DNA of 64,000 nucleotides from Candidatus Hydrogenedentota bacterium. Lineage in GTDB: Bacteria > Hydrogenedentota > Hydrogenedentia > Hydrogenedentales > SLHB01. The DNA lies in NCBI GenBank assembly GCA_045863295.1, contig BTWA01000020.1, forward strand, positions 42,122-106,121. Direction: 5' to 3'. The notes beneath the pieces were generated by a model that worked only from the letters and a program-made list of their open reading frames with translations, was not told the DNA's origin and ran no database searches. Positions 10,427 through 20,142 of this stretch are shown here, in pieces (within the stretch, counting starts at the first letter, position 1; each line of letters begins with the position of its first letter). The translations under genes were made by a program, and so were the position numbers.

Positions 10427-10709
10427 CCATACGCGTCAGACCGAGGGTGTCGAGGGTTGAATCGCGCGGCGCACGGTGCAAACGGAATGGTGCGCAGTGC
10501 GTAGGGTGAGTGCAACTGCGCAAAGAGCGTGTGGCTGGACTGGCGCGGGCACTGCTAGAACCGGCGCGTGAAAAACCGGGTGAAAATGAGATACTGTAGG
10601 AGTAATTGCGGAATTCGGCGCGCCGTATGTTCGAGAATGGCAAGCATGACGGACAACGGCCCGTTCATTCGTGGATGGCCAACGATTATTTACCAGTAAG
10701 GACCCGATC

Positions 10710-11291
10710 ATGTTGACCCTGGACAATTACATTGCCGGTTTGACCAAGGCCTTGAACGGCATCGACCGGAAGGCATTTGACGCGCTCGTGGCGGAAGTAA
10801 CCCGCGCGCACAAGGAAGACAAGTTCATTTACACGTGCGGCAACGGGGGCAGCGCCTCCACCGCTTCGCACATGATCAACGATATCGTGAAAGCCCCGAA
10901 CGACGCATCCGGCTGTCGGCCCATCCGCGCCATCGGTCTCACGGATTGCACGCCGCTGATGACGGCCCTGGCGAATGACATCAGCTACGATCAAATGTTT
11001 GCGCGGCAACTCAACGCCTGGGGCCGCGAGGGCGATCTGCTGATCGCCATTTCCGGCAGTGGCAATTCGCCGAACATCCTCGAGGCCATCAAGCTCGCGA
11101 AGCAACGCGGCATGCGCACCGTCGGGATGACCGGCTATTCCGGCGGCAAAATGGCGGAGATGGTCGATGTGCACCTCCACGTGCCCTGCAATTGCATGGC
11201 GCAGGTGGAAGACGCGCACCTCATTCTCCAGCATTGTCTGGTGGAAGTCTTGAAAATCGTCAACGGCGGAAAGAGCCCGGCCACGATATGA
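10710..11291 (+). CDS. gmhA: Phosphoheptose (sedoheptulose-7-phosphate) isomerase, SIS domain
   Basis: CGNGGSAS, ALAND, ISGSGNSPN and EDAHL motifs. Confidence 0.88.
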   Translation: MLTLDNYIAGLTKALNGIDRKAFDALVAEVTRAHKEDKFIYTCGNGGSASTASHMINDIVKAPNDASGCRPIRAIGLTDCTPLMTALANDISYDQMFARQLNAWGREGDLLIAISGSGNSPNILEAIKLAKQRGMRTVGMTGYSGGKMAEMVDVHLHVPCNCMAQVEDAHLILQHCLVEVLKIVNGGKSPATI

Positions 11292-11965
11292 CTTCGCCGG
11301 ACAACGCGCATACGGTAACGCCCAGAAGCGATCTGACGTTCGTTTTGAGCAAGCGGTTGTTGGACCTTGTCGTCGCGGGGGGCAGTCTGCTGCTGCTCTC
11401 CCCTGTCTTCATCGCGGTGGCCGTTGCCATTAAGGTGACGTCGCCGGGCCCGGTGTTTTTCCGTGGCACGGTGATCGGAAAGAATGGCGTGCCATTCACG
11501 TACTACAAATTCCGATCCATGGTCGCGGGCGGCGATACGTCAAAGCACAAGGAGTTCATCCAGAAGTACGTGACGGAGAACAAGGGGCAGGTGGACGAGT
11601 CGGGCAAGGAAGTGTTCAAGCTGACAAACGATCCTCGGGTGACCTCGATTGGCAAGATCATCCGCAGGGTGAGCATCGACGAGTTTCCACAGATGCTCAA
11701 TGTGTTGAAAGGCGACATGTCCGTCGTGGGACCCCGCCCGCCCGTTCCCTATGAATTCGAACTCTACGACGACCGCAAGAAACAGCGGCTTCTTGTGAAA
11801 CCGGGCATCACGGGATTAAACCAGGTGCGCCGCCGCAGTCAGAGCACGTTCGATCAGATGTTCGACGACGACATGGACTACATTCGCAACCAGTCGATTC
11901 TGCTCGATATATTCATCATGATTAAGACCCCGTGGGTCATGCTGTTCGGCGCGGGCCCCACATAA
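11288..11965 (+). CDS. Small monotopic phosphoglycosyl transferase (bacterial sugar transferase)
   Basis: KRLLD, YKFRSM, DPRVT, IDEFPQ, GDMSVVGPRP and KPGITGL motifs; ATGA overlap with gmhA. Confidence 0.92.
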   Translation: MTSPDNAHTVTPRSDLTFVLSKRLLDLVVAGGSLLLLSPVFIAVAVAIKVTSPGPVFFRGTVIGKNGVPFTYYKFRSMVAGGDTSKHKEFIQKYVTENKGQVDESGKEVFKLTNDPRVTSIGKIIRRVSIDEFPQMLNVLKGDMSVVGPRPPVPYEFELYDDRKKQRLLVKPGITGLNQVRRRSQSTFDQMFDDDMDYIRNQSILLDIFIMIKTPWVMLFGAGPT

Positions 11966-11979
11966 GCAAGGAGCGCATT

Positions 11980-13092
11980 GTGATCGCATTGGTTACCGGC
12001 GGTGCCGGATTTATCGGGTCCCACGTCGCGGATCGGCTCCTCGAAAAAGGCTACCACGTGCGAGTGGTGGACGCATTGCAGCCGCGCGTGCACCCCAAGG
12101 GAAAGCCGGAGTGGGTGAAACCGGAGATCGAATTCTTTCACGGCGACGTGCGCGACAAGGATCTCATGCGAAAGGCCATGCAGGGCGTCGAAATTGTCTC
12201 GCATCAGGCGGCCTACCAGGATTACATGCCCGATTACAGCACGTTTATCAGCACAAACGTGACCAGCACCGCCTTGATTCTGGAACTGGTGACGGAGATG
12301 AAACTCGACATACGCCGGGTTTCGGTTGCGTCGTCTCAGGCCGCCTACGGCGAAGGCCGCTACACCTGCGAAGAGCACGGCCCCTTCGAAGCGCGCGGCC
12401 GATCGATGGCGCAGCTTGAAGCGTCGGACTGGGAAGTGAAGTGCCCGGTCTGCGGATGCGACACGGACAACCTGCCGCTCGAAGAAACGATGCAGAATCC
12501 GAACAACGCGTACGCGCTGTCAAAACTCTTTGAAGAAATGACCGCCCTGCGCCTCGGCCGGTTGCACAATATTCCAACCTGCGCATTGCGGTATTCCATT
12601 GTGCAGGGACCGCGCCAGTCGCTGTACAACAGTTATTCCGGCGTGAACCGCATTTTCAGTCTGCGCCTGCTGCACAACGAACCGCCCATTATTTACGAAG
12701 ACGGCATGCAAAAGCGCGATTATGTACACATCAAGGACGTGGTCGAGGCGAACATGCTGGCGCTGTTCGATGAACGCACGAAGTGGGAGCAATACAACGT
12801 CGGCGGCGACCGCGCCACCACCGTGCGCGAATTCGCCGCGGAACTCACGAAAGTCCTGAAAAAGGATATCGCCCCAAGCATCCCCGGCGAATTCCGCGTC
12901 GGTGACAACCGGCACAGCGTCTCTTCGGTGGCGAAGCTGAAGGCGCTGGGATGGAAACCGGAACAGCCGTTGCAAGCCATCTTTCGCGACTACATCGACT
13001 GGATCGAAAGCTTTGGCAACGTCGGCGAGTATTTCCGTGAAGCCGACCGCTTGATGCGTGAAGCAGGCAGCGTGCGCTCGGTCAAAAAGTAG
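11980..13092 (+). CDS. NAD-dependent epimerase/dehydratase (extended SDR)
   Basis: LVTGGAGFIGSH, YALSK and RDYVHIKD motifs; AAGGAG before a GTG start. Confidence 0.92.
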   Translation: MIALVTGGAGFIGSHVADRLLEKGYHVRVVDALQPRVHPKGKPEWVKPEIEFFHGDVRDKDLMRKAMQGVEIVSHQAAYQDYMPDYSTFISTNVTSTALILELVTEMKLDIRRVSVASSQAAYGEGRYTCEEHGPFEARGRSMAQLEASDWEVKCPVCGCDTDNLPLEETMQNPNNAYALSKLFEEMTALRLGRLHNIPTCALRYSIVQGPRQSLYNSYSGVNRIFSLRLLHNEPPIIYEDGMQKRDYVHIKDVVEANMLALFDERTKWEQYNVGGDRATTVREFAAELTKVLKKDIAPSIPGEFRVGDNRHSVSSVAKLKALGWKPEQPLQAIFRDYIDWIESFGNVGEYFREADRLMREAGSVRSVKK

Positions 13093-13187
13093 CCCAAAAA
13101 AAAAAAGACCGGGCGACTGTACGCAATAGGCAGTGGATTCCGAGCGGATGGGTCAGCGCTTGGAACGTGAATTCATGAGAGGTGCTC

Positions 13188-14588
13188 ATGCCCAAGGCAA
13201 GCGATGTCCGGGTAACCGGCGCCACGCTGTACTTCCTTCCGGTGAAAACCCGCGTGCCGCTCAAGTTCGGGACCGAGGCGCTGACACACGTCACCGTGGC
13301 GCGAGTACGGATCCGGGTGTGCGACGCCCAAGGCCGGCAAGCGGATGGCTGGAGCGAGACACCGCTGTCGGTGCAATGGGTATGGCCCGGCGCGGTCGCC
13401 TATGAGACGCGCCACGAAGCCTTGAAATCGTTCTGCCGTATACTCACGAAGGCGTGGCCCGCGTCCGGTCATTGCGGGCATCCGCTCGAAGTGGGCCATG
13501 CGTTTATTGAGTCGGACCTCACGCGTTTGGCGGCGGAGTTCAACGAGGCCCACCCCGGCCATGAACCAATGCCGCACTTGGCCGCGCTGGTCTGTTGCTC
13601 GCCGTTCGACATTGCCTTGCATGATGCGTACGGAAATCTGCAAGGCCTTCCGGTGTATCAGACGTACAACAGGAATTTCATGAGCCTCGATCTCGCGGGA
13701 TTTCTTACGCCCGAAGAAGGCAGCCATGTGTCGTTTGCCGGCCGCTATCCCAGCGACTATCTCGTCGGCCCGGAATCGACAACCCTCCCGGCCTGGCACC
13801 TGGTCGGCGGATTGGATCCGCTGGACGAATCGGAATTGACAGGTTCGGAACCGGATGACGGGTATCCTGTGCTTCTGAGGGATTGGATCGAACGCGACGG
13901 ATTGCGCTGTCTAAAGGTAAAGTTGCGCGGCAACGACATGCCCTGGGATTACGATCGGCTGGTGCGCGTCGGTGCCATTGCCGTGGAATGCGGATGCCAT
14001 TGGATTACCGCTGATTTTAACTGCATCGTGACGGAACCCGCCTATGTAAACGAGATCCTGGATCGACTAATGCTGGATCATCCCCGCCTCTACGGCATGA
14101 TCCTCTACGTCGAACAACCATTTCCATACGACTTGGAAGCGCACCAAATCGATGTGCACAGCGTCTCCGCGCGAAAACCGTTGTTCATGGATGAAAGCGC
14201 CCATGATTGGCGGTTAATCCGGCTGGGCAGAGAGTTGGGTTGGACCGGCGTGGCGTTGAAAACATGCAAGACGCAAACCGGAGCGATTCTAAGCCTCTGC
14301 TGGGCCAAGGCGCACGGCATGACCCTGATGGTGCAGGACCTGACCAATCCGATGATTGCGCAGATTCCGCACGTGCTCCTCGCCGCGCACGCGGGAACAA
14401 TCATGGGCGTGGAAACCAACGCGATGCAGTTTTATCCCAACGCCTCATCCGTCGAAGCAGAAGTGCATCCCGGTTTATATACCCGGCGCGGCGGCGTTGT
14501 GGATTGGTCAACGGTTACCGGGCCGGGATTTGGGTACCGGATTGAGGCAATCCCGCGCATCCTGCCGCCGCCCGATTGCGAGGCATAA
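13188..14588 (+). CDS. Mandelate racemase/enolase superfamily protein
   Basis: DIALHD, LKVKL, DFN, VEQP, MDES and ALKTCK motifs. Confidence 0.8.
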   Translation: MPKASDVRVTGATLYFLPVKTRVPLKFGTEALTHVTVARVRIRVCDAQGRQADGWSETPLSVQWVWPGAVAYETRHEALKSFCRILTKAWPASGHCGHPLEVGHAFIESDLTRLAAEFNEAHPGHEPMPHLAALVCCSPFDIALHDAYGNLQGLPVYQTYNRNFMSLDLAGFLTPEEGSHVSFAGRYPSDYLVGPESTTLPAWHLVGGLDPLDESELTGSEPDDGYPVLLRDWIERDGLRCLKVKLRGNDMPWDYDRLVRVGAIAVECGCHWITADFNCIVTEPAYVNEILDRLMLDHPRLYGMILYVEQPFPYDLEAHQIDVHSVSARKPLFMDESAHDWRLIRLGRELGWTGVALKTCKTQTGAILSLCWAKAHGMTLMVQDLTNPMIAQIPHVLLAAHAGTIMGVETNAMQFYPNASSVEAEVHPGLYTRRGGVVDWSTVTGPGFGYRIEAIPRILPPPDCEA

Positions 14589-14618
14589 AAAAAGCGGACC
14601 CCGCGACGAGGTCCGCTT
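14587..14618. terminator. Intrinsic terminator between convergent genes
   Basis: AAGCGGACC...GGTCCGCTT hairpin with an adjacent A-run, which reads as a U-tail on the minus strand. Confidence 0.7.
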
Positions 14619-14639
14619 GGAAAATCGGGAAACTGGACG

Positions 14640-16838
14640 TCAGGCGACTTTGTCCGCCGCCGGTTCCGCGGGCGTCTCCGGTTGCTTGCCCACGGCGCCC
14701 GGATTGCACTTCTCACACGCCTTCGCGCTCTTGAGCGCCTCAACGCAACATTCGTGCCCGCACGCCGCGCCGCCCGCAAGCGCCTTGGAGCAGCAACTGT
14801 CCGCGTCAAAGAATGCGGCGACTTCGGGTGCCACCGCCGCCGCGGGTTCCGCCGCGGCTTGCTGCGATTTGGGATTGCACTTCACGCAGACTTCGCCTTT
14901 GGCCGCCGCTTCGACACAGCAAGGATGGTCGCATGTATTGCCTTCCGCGAGGGGCTTGGCACAGCAACTGCCCAGATCGAACTTGGCAATCAACGCCAGC
15001 TTCTTGCCGGCATCCGCATTGCACTTGGCACAGACCTCACCTTTCGCGGCCGCTTCCGCGCAGCAAGGATGGTCGCACGACTTGCCCTCGGCTTTGGATT
15101 TGCCGCAACAGCCGTCGGCACTGAACAGCGCGGCAAGTTTCGCGGTAACGCCCGCATTGCACTTCGCACATACGGTTCCCGCCTTGACGGCCGCCAGACA
15201 ACATTCGTGGCCGCACGCCGTGCCGCCGGCAATGGCTTTGCCGCAGCAGCTCTCCGCGTCCGTGAACAAGGCCACCAACTTGGCGGCCATCGCGTTGCAC
15301 TTGGCGCAGACTTCACCTTTCGCGGCGGCTTCGGCACAGCAGGGATGATCGCACGCTTTGCCGTCAGCCTTGGCCTTGCCGCAGCAGCCGTCAACCCCGA
15401 ACAACAACGCCACGGTGGGATTCGCGGGAGCGGCCGCCGGGGTTGCTTCCGGCTTGGCCCCTTGATTCGGATTGCACTTGGCGCAAGATTCGCCTTTTGC
15501 GGCGGCCTCCGCACAGCAAGGGTGGTCACACCACTTGCCTTCAGCCAACGCTTTGGCGCAACAGCCTTCCGCGTCGTACTTGGCCACCAACGCCAGTTTT
15601 GCCGCGGCGCCCGCGTTGCACTTCTGGCACGCCTCGCCTTTCGCGGCGGCTTCCACGCAGCACGGATGTTCACATGCCTTGCCCTCGGCCGCGGCCTTGC
15701 CGCAGCAGCTTTCGGCGTCGATCAGCAAGGCCACCGGCACGGACGGCTTGGCGGCATCCGCCGGGGCCGCTTCTGGCGCGGGGGCCGGCGCGGCCTCGGG
15801 TGCGGGTGCAGCCTCGGGGGCTGCCGCAACTTGCAGGGCCTGACCCGTGTTGACATCGAGCCCGGGAATGGCGGCGGCCAATTTCGCGGCGCCCTCAGGC
15901 GTCACGCCGCTCTGCCATACGTATAGCTTCTTCAGTTCCTTCAGACCTTCAAGCTGGGCCAGTCCGGCATCGGTTACCGACGTGCCGAACAGGTTCAGGT
16001 ACTCGAGGTGCGGCAGCGCGGCAAGATGCGCCAAGCCCGCGTCGGTAATGGCGGTGCGTTCGAGGTGAAGGCGCGTCAGACGCGTCATGCCCGCGATGTT
16101 GGCGAGGCCTGCATCGGTCACGCCGGTGCCCGCCAGATTGAGCCACGTGATGTTGGCGGCCATGGGCGCGAGTTGCGCGAGGCGGTCGTCCTTGACGTCT
16201 TGGCCGCCTTGCTGAAAATTCACGGTGATCAACGGGCTCTTCTGATCCAGCGGCAGCGCCAGCGCGCCAAGCGTCTTCGCGGAGGCCAACGTCTCGGCGG
16301 GCAGCGGCGTCACCTCGCCGGCCAATTGCTCCAGAATCTTAAACACTTCCGAGGTGGATTCGGTTTTCGGCGCCATTTTGACGGCGGAATCCGCCGGGGC
16401 CACCTCGCCTTTAGGCTCCTCTACAGGGGCAGCCACGGTGAATGTGCCGAACGATGCGCCCGACTCGATCCATGCCTTAATGGTGGCAATCTGTTCGGGA
16501 GTCAAGGGATCGCCTTGAGGCGGCATGATGTCCGCATCACCTGCGGGCAGTGAGATGAGTTCAAGCAGAAGACTCTCATCCGGCTTGCTCGCAAGTACCA
16601 CAGGACCGTCTTCGCTGCCTTTCTCGATGGCCTCTTTCGAATCCAGACGCAGAGAAGCCTTTTGCTTCTCCGGCCCGTGACAGCCCATGCACCGGGCCTG
16701 GAAGATCGGCAAAACTTTCTCGGAAAAGAACTCCGGTCCAACCTCCTCGGCAGTCGCGGCGGGAAGTCCCGCCAAACCCGCGATCGCAAAGGCGCCAAGA
16801 ATCAAAACGGTACTGACGTGTGTGCTAAGACGCAGCAT
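14640..16838 (-). CDS. Secreted planctomycete-type cytochrome c domain + leucine-rich repeats + 7 Cys-rich repeats
   Basis: Signal peptide; VLPIFQARCMGCHG...MPP...IKAWIESGA heme domain; LxxLxLxxTxVTDAGL repeats; 7x CC-x9-CxHxCC-x9-CxKCN. Confidence 0.85.
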   Translation of the reverse strand: MLRLSTHVSTVLILGAFAIAGLAGLPAATAEEVGPEFFSEKVLPIFQARCMGCHGPEKQKASLRLDSKEAIEKGSEDGPVVLASKPDESLLLELISLPAGDADIMPPQGDPLTPEQIATIKAWIESGASFGTFTVAAPVEEPKGEVAPADSAVKMAPKTESTSEVFKILEQLAGEVTPLPAETLASAKTLGALALPLDQKSPLITVNFQQGGQDVKDDRLAQLAPMAANITWLNLAGTGVTDAGLANIAGMTRLTRLHLERTAITDAGLAHLAALPHLEYLNLFGTSVTDAGLAQLEGLKELKKLYVWQSGVTPEGAAKLAAAIPGLDVNTGQALQVAAAPEAAPAPEAAPAPAPEAAPADAAKPSVPVALLIDAESCCGKAAAEGKACEHPCCVEAAAKGEACQKCNAGAAAKLALVAKYDAEGCCAKALAEGKWCDHPCCAEAAAKGESCAKCNPNQGAKPEATPAAAPANPTVALLFGVDGCCGKAKADGKACDHPCCAEAAAKGEVCAKCNAMAAKLVALFTDAESCCGKAIAGGTACGHECCLAAVKAGTVCAKCNAGVTAKLAALFSADGCCGKSKAEGKSCDHPCCAEAAAKGEVCAKCNADAGKKLALIAKFDLGSCCAKPLAEGNTCDHPCCVEAAAKGEVCVKCNPKSQQAAAEPAAAVAPEVAAFFDADSCCSKALAGGAACGHECCVEALKSAKACEKCNPGAVGKQPETPAEPAADKVA

Positions 16839-16961
16839 GGCTACTCCCTTTCCGGCTTTCATTTAGAGGGGTTGCCGGGATAGCCCAATCCCAACCAATT
16901 CCTGCATTGTGGCACGCCCACGGGCGGCGTGGCAAGCCGGTTGGCCGGAAGGCTGGCCGGC

Positions 16962-18785
16962 CTACTGCATGGACACGCGTTGTGCGGTGCGGGTGTGCTG
17001 CTTTTGAACGGGAACGAGCGGCGGTGAGGACCCCGGGGTGAAATACCGGGCCATGTGCTCGTCAATCTTCGTTGGCACGGGAAATCCTTCGGTAAACATA
17101 TCCCTGAGAAAACTGGCATCGGTGTCGCGATGGATCAACGTCCGGTAAAACGCCTCGCGTTTATAGGCGTCCAATGCCGCGAACTGCGTGCCGTCGGCCA
17201 GAGGCGTGAACGCCTCGGGCGCGGTAGCCGCCTCGGCACTGCCAGCAGGGGCGCCCCAGCGAAGCTCGGGCGGATGGTTGGGGTCAAACGAAAGGTCGTA
17301 CAGTCGGCGCTCAATCTCCTGCAAGGTCAAGGTCACTTTCTCGCCTTTGGAATTGGTGTATTCAATGGATTTCGAAGCGAAGATGCGCCGTTTTTCCTGT
17401 CGCAATGCATAGGCAAAATCGGCCTGACTGTAAACGCCCTTGCGGGAAAGGCGGTCGAAATTCACCAATTCGGGCCGGCTCGCGTACCAGTCGATGGCAT
17501 CGTCGATCCAACTCATCAACTGGAAATACTCGGATCGATAATCCACGTCGAGCGAAGCCGTCGAAAACGAACCCCACCGGCCCTGTTCGTTGAATACGTT
17601 CTGAAAGCGGTTCCCTTCCGGAAACGGGATGGGGCCCTGCGTTTGCACCTCATTCCAACCGGCCTGCACAAATCCCTCGCGGGTCTTGAACGCCTCGACA
17701 ATCTGGTCCGCGAATGAATCCAGCATGGCCACCGGATCGATGCTCTCGGCCGTGCGCAGTTTTTCGCGAATATAGGCATGAATGCCCTCGGGCTTGCCGG
17801 GAAACTGATCCGATTTTCCATTCATCAGCGCTTCGTACACGTCGTATTGTTCGAGCGAATAGCCAAAGGCCTTCATTTCCTCGTCGGTCATGCGCCGCAC
17901 ACCGGTGACTTTGCCCTCGGCATTCGTTTCCGCATAGGGGAACCGGTACTGACGGAAGCCGCGAAAGCAGCCTGCATAAGGATTGGCGGCGTTGCTCGAT
18001 TGGCGCGGAGCAAGCCCCGTCACGGCATTGATGGTGTTGTGGGTGTAAATGTCGCGCGAAACGGCCGTCGTCGCATCCAGAAAGTACACCTGACCGTAAG
18101 GATCCGTATTCCCAAGCACGAGCACGTGCCCATCGTGATAATACATGACGCCCGGCACGAGATACCGGGGGTCAATGGCAACCGGTACGGTGTCGGAATG
18201 CTGCGCGTTTTGAGCGGTCGGTTCCACCCGATAGTTGCCGGTGCAAAAGCCTGTGACCGCGTCGACGAAAAACTGATGCGTGGACGAATAGTCGAAGCTG
18301 CTGGACCAGGTCACAGGCTCGTTCTTGACGGCCGTGCGCAAATCGGTGCCGTCGGTCGACCGCACATACGTGATCATCCAGGGAAGGCCACGGCGATAAG
18401 CGTAATACGAACCCAGCGAAATGGTCAGCTTGCCGCAGTCCAGGATCGTGTGCATCGCATGCATGCTGGCGGGATCGAGTTGCGGGTTGCTGGGTTCGCC
18501 GGCAAACGCGGGGTCCAACAGAAGGTTCATCTCCGGGTCGTTCAGCACGGCCTCGATCTTCGCCAGCCGTTGCTTGGGATTGCCGCGCGACTTCACGTGA
18601 AAGATGTTCTGTACCCATTTCGAATAGTGCTGAAACTCAGCGGGAGTCCACTGGCGGTAAAGGGGCCAGGCTCCGCGCTCGGAATGTATCGTGGCCGGGT
18701 TCGGATCCTCGGTCCAGGCGGACGTCGTCACAACCAGACAGAGAATCCCAAGTGCAAGACAACTCCGGAGTGGGGATGCGTTCAC
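16962..18785 (-). CDS. Secreted hypothetical protein, possible Cys-His-Asp (papain-like) enzyme
   Basis: Signal peptide; LDCG, DGHVLV and YFLDA segments; C-terminal SFDPNHPPELRWGA. Confidence 0.7.
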   Translation of the reverse strand: MNASPLRSCLALGILCLVVTTSAWTEDPNPATIHSERGAWPLYRQWTPAEFQHYSKWVQNIFHVKSRGNPKQRLAKIEAVLNDPEMNLLLDPAFAGEPSNPQLDPASMHAMHTILDCGKLTISLGSYYAYRRGLPWMITYVRSTDGTDLRTAVKNEPVTWSSSFDYSSTHQFFVDAVTGFCTGNYRVEPTAQNAQHSDTVPVAIDPRYLVPGVMYYHDGHVLVLGNTDPYGQVYFLDATTAVSRDIYTHNTINAVTGLAPRQSSNAANPYAGCFRGFRQYRFPYAETNAEGKVTGVRRMTDEEMKAFGYSLEQYDVYEALMNGKSDQFPGKPEGIHAYIREKLRTAESIDPVAMLDSFADQIVEAFKTREGFVQAGWNEVQTQGPIPFPEGNRFQNVFNEQGRWGSFSTASLDVDYRSEYFQLMSWIDDAIDWYASRPELVNFDRLSRKGVYSQADFAYALRQEKRRIFASKSIEYTNSKGEKVTLTLQEIERRLYDLSFDPNHPPELRWGAPAGSAEAATAPEAFTPLADGTQFAALDAYKREAFYRTLIHRDTDASFLRDMFTEGFPVPTKIDEHMARYFTPGSSPPLVPVQKQHTRTAQRVSMQ

Positions 18786-19039
18786 GGGTCAGCACTCTCC
18801 TTGCAGGATGCGGCAGTTCTTCTCTTCGGATCCGCTGCGTTGGCACGTGCGTGGCCTGCCAAGCGCCCGTCTAGCGTACCACAATCGACCGTACAAGTCA
18901 TCAGACCCAGACCGTGCATCCACCATATGTAGGGGCAGATGAGCAAACGGATCGTTCCGGATCGGCGCACGGGGACATTCCCCCTTTGACAAGGTCGCGG
19001 GGTCTGTCGTAGCGTGACGCCTACTTCGACGGGGAATGC

Positions 19040-19615
19040 ATGAACGACACCACGATACAACAGTTTTGCTCAGCCTTTTTGGCTGTATCGGGTAAGCCGC
19101 ACCGGGCCTCCACACTGGCGCAAGCGGCGGCGCTCGTCGTGCAACTTGCCGCGCCACTCGCTCCAAAACCCGTGGCGCTCGCGAACTTGCCCGAAAAATG
19201 GATGACCGCCATCAGAGACGCATGCGGCGCGGCGGGGATCGACGTGGTGGCCCCCCCTTGGATTCATGACAATCTACCCGCAAGGATTGACGATGCGGGG
19301 CTCGGGGTGACCGGCATGGCATTCGCCATCGCAGAAACCGGAACACTCGTGGAAATAACCGAGGACGATGCGGACCGGCTTGTCTCCGCGTTGCCACGCA
19401 CCCACATCGGGATCGTGGCTGCGGACACCTTGGTGGGTGCATACCGGGACGCCGCTGGGCCATTGCGGCAAGCCCTTGGCGCGGACACAAAGAAGTGTAC
19501 GGTGAGTTTCATTTCAGGTCCCAGCCGAACCGGCGACATCGAATTGAAGTTGACGCTGGGCGTGCACGGACCGGAAGTGGCCCATGCCATCATCCTTGAA
19601 TCCGATGAACGCTGA
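19040..19615 (+). CDS. lutC: LUD-domain lactate utilization protein C-like
   Basis: AIAETGTL and FISGPSRTGDIELKLTLGVHGP motifs. Confidence 0.85.
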   Translation: MNDTTIQQFCSAFLAVSGKPHRASTLAQAAALVVQLAAPLAPKPVALANLPEKWMTAIRDACGAAGIDVVAPPWIHDNLPARIDDAGLGVTGMAFAIAETGTLVEITEDDADRLVSALPRTHIGIVAADTLVGAYRDAAGPLRQALGADTKKCTVSFISGPSRTGDIELKLTLGVHGPEVAHAIILESDER

Positions 19616-20130
19616 TGGGAGACCAACGACAGGTGAACACGCAGGAATTGGCGCTTGAGCTGGAGCGATGCACCAACGACGTGCTCGCCTTGTTGGCCGC
19701 GGCGCCGGACGAGGCCATTTTTCGCAAACCCGGGGATAGCCAATGGTCTGCCGCGGAAGTGGTCGAGCATCTGATCCTGCTGGAATTCGGCGTATTGCGC
19801 ATTCTTGGGGGAACCAGCCTGCCGCCCACCCGCGCCCACGATGCGGAAGTCCCCGCCATTCTGGACGCATTGGAAGACACCACAAGGACACTCCACGCAC
19901 CGCCGCCCATCGCGCCAACCGGCCGCTACCAGGACCGGGAAAAGTTGGTGACCGCGTTCAGCGGCGTTCGCGGTAAACTGCGCTTATGGCTCCCGGATCA
20001 CGACGTGACGCTGCTCTATCCCGACTTCCGGCACGCCCTGTTCGGCGAGCTCACGGGGTATGAATGGATCTGCTTTGTCATCGGCCATACGCGCCGCCAC
20101 ATGCAACAGATGCAACGCGCGATGGCGTGA
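19615..20130 (+). CDS. DinB family protein
   Basis: WSAAEVVEHL and HTRRHMQQM His pattern. Confidence 0.85.
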   Translation: MGDQRQVNTQELALELERCTNDVLALLAAAPDEAIFRKPGDSQWSAAEVVEHLILLEFGVLRILGGTSLPPTRAHDAEVPAILDALEDTTRTLHAPPPIAPTGRYQDREKLVTAFSGVRGKLRLWLPDHDVTLLYPDFRHALFGELTGYEWICFVIGHTRRHMQQMQRAMA

Positions 20131-20142
20131 AGGAGTGCGCAG

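Noticed and set aside
13096..13106. Poly-A run after the epimerase as a phase-variation tract
   Set aside because: Intergenic, with no evident promoter or coding context; may be a homopolymer artefact
14700..15710. Cys-rich repeats as a multiheme cytochrome
   Set aside because: The motifs are CxxCN, not CxxCH; only one canonical heme motif (CMGCH) is present
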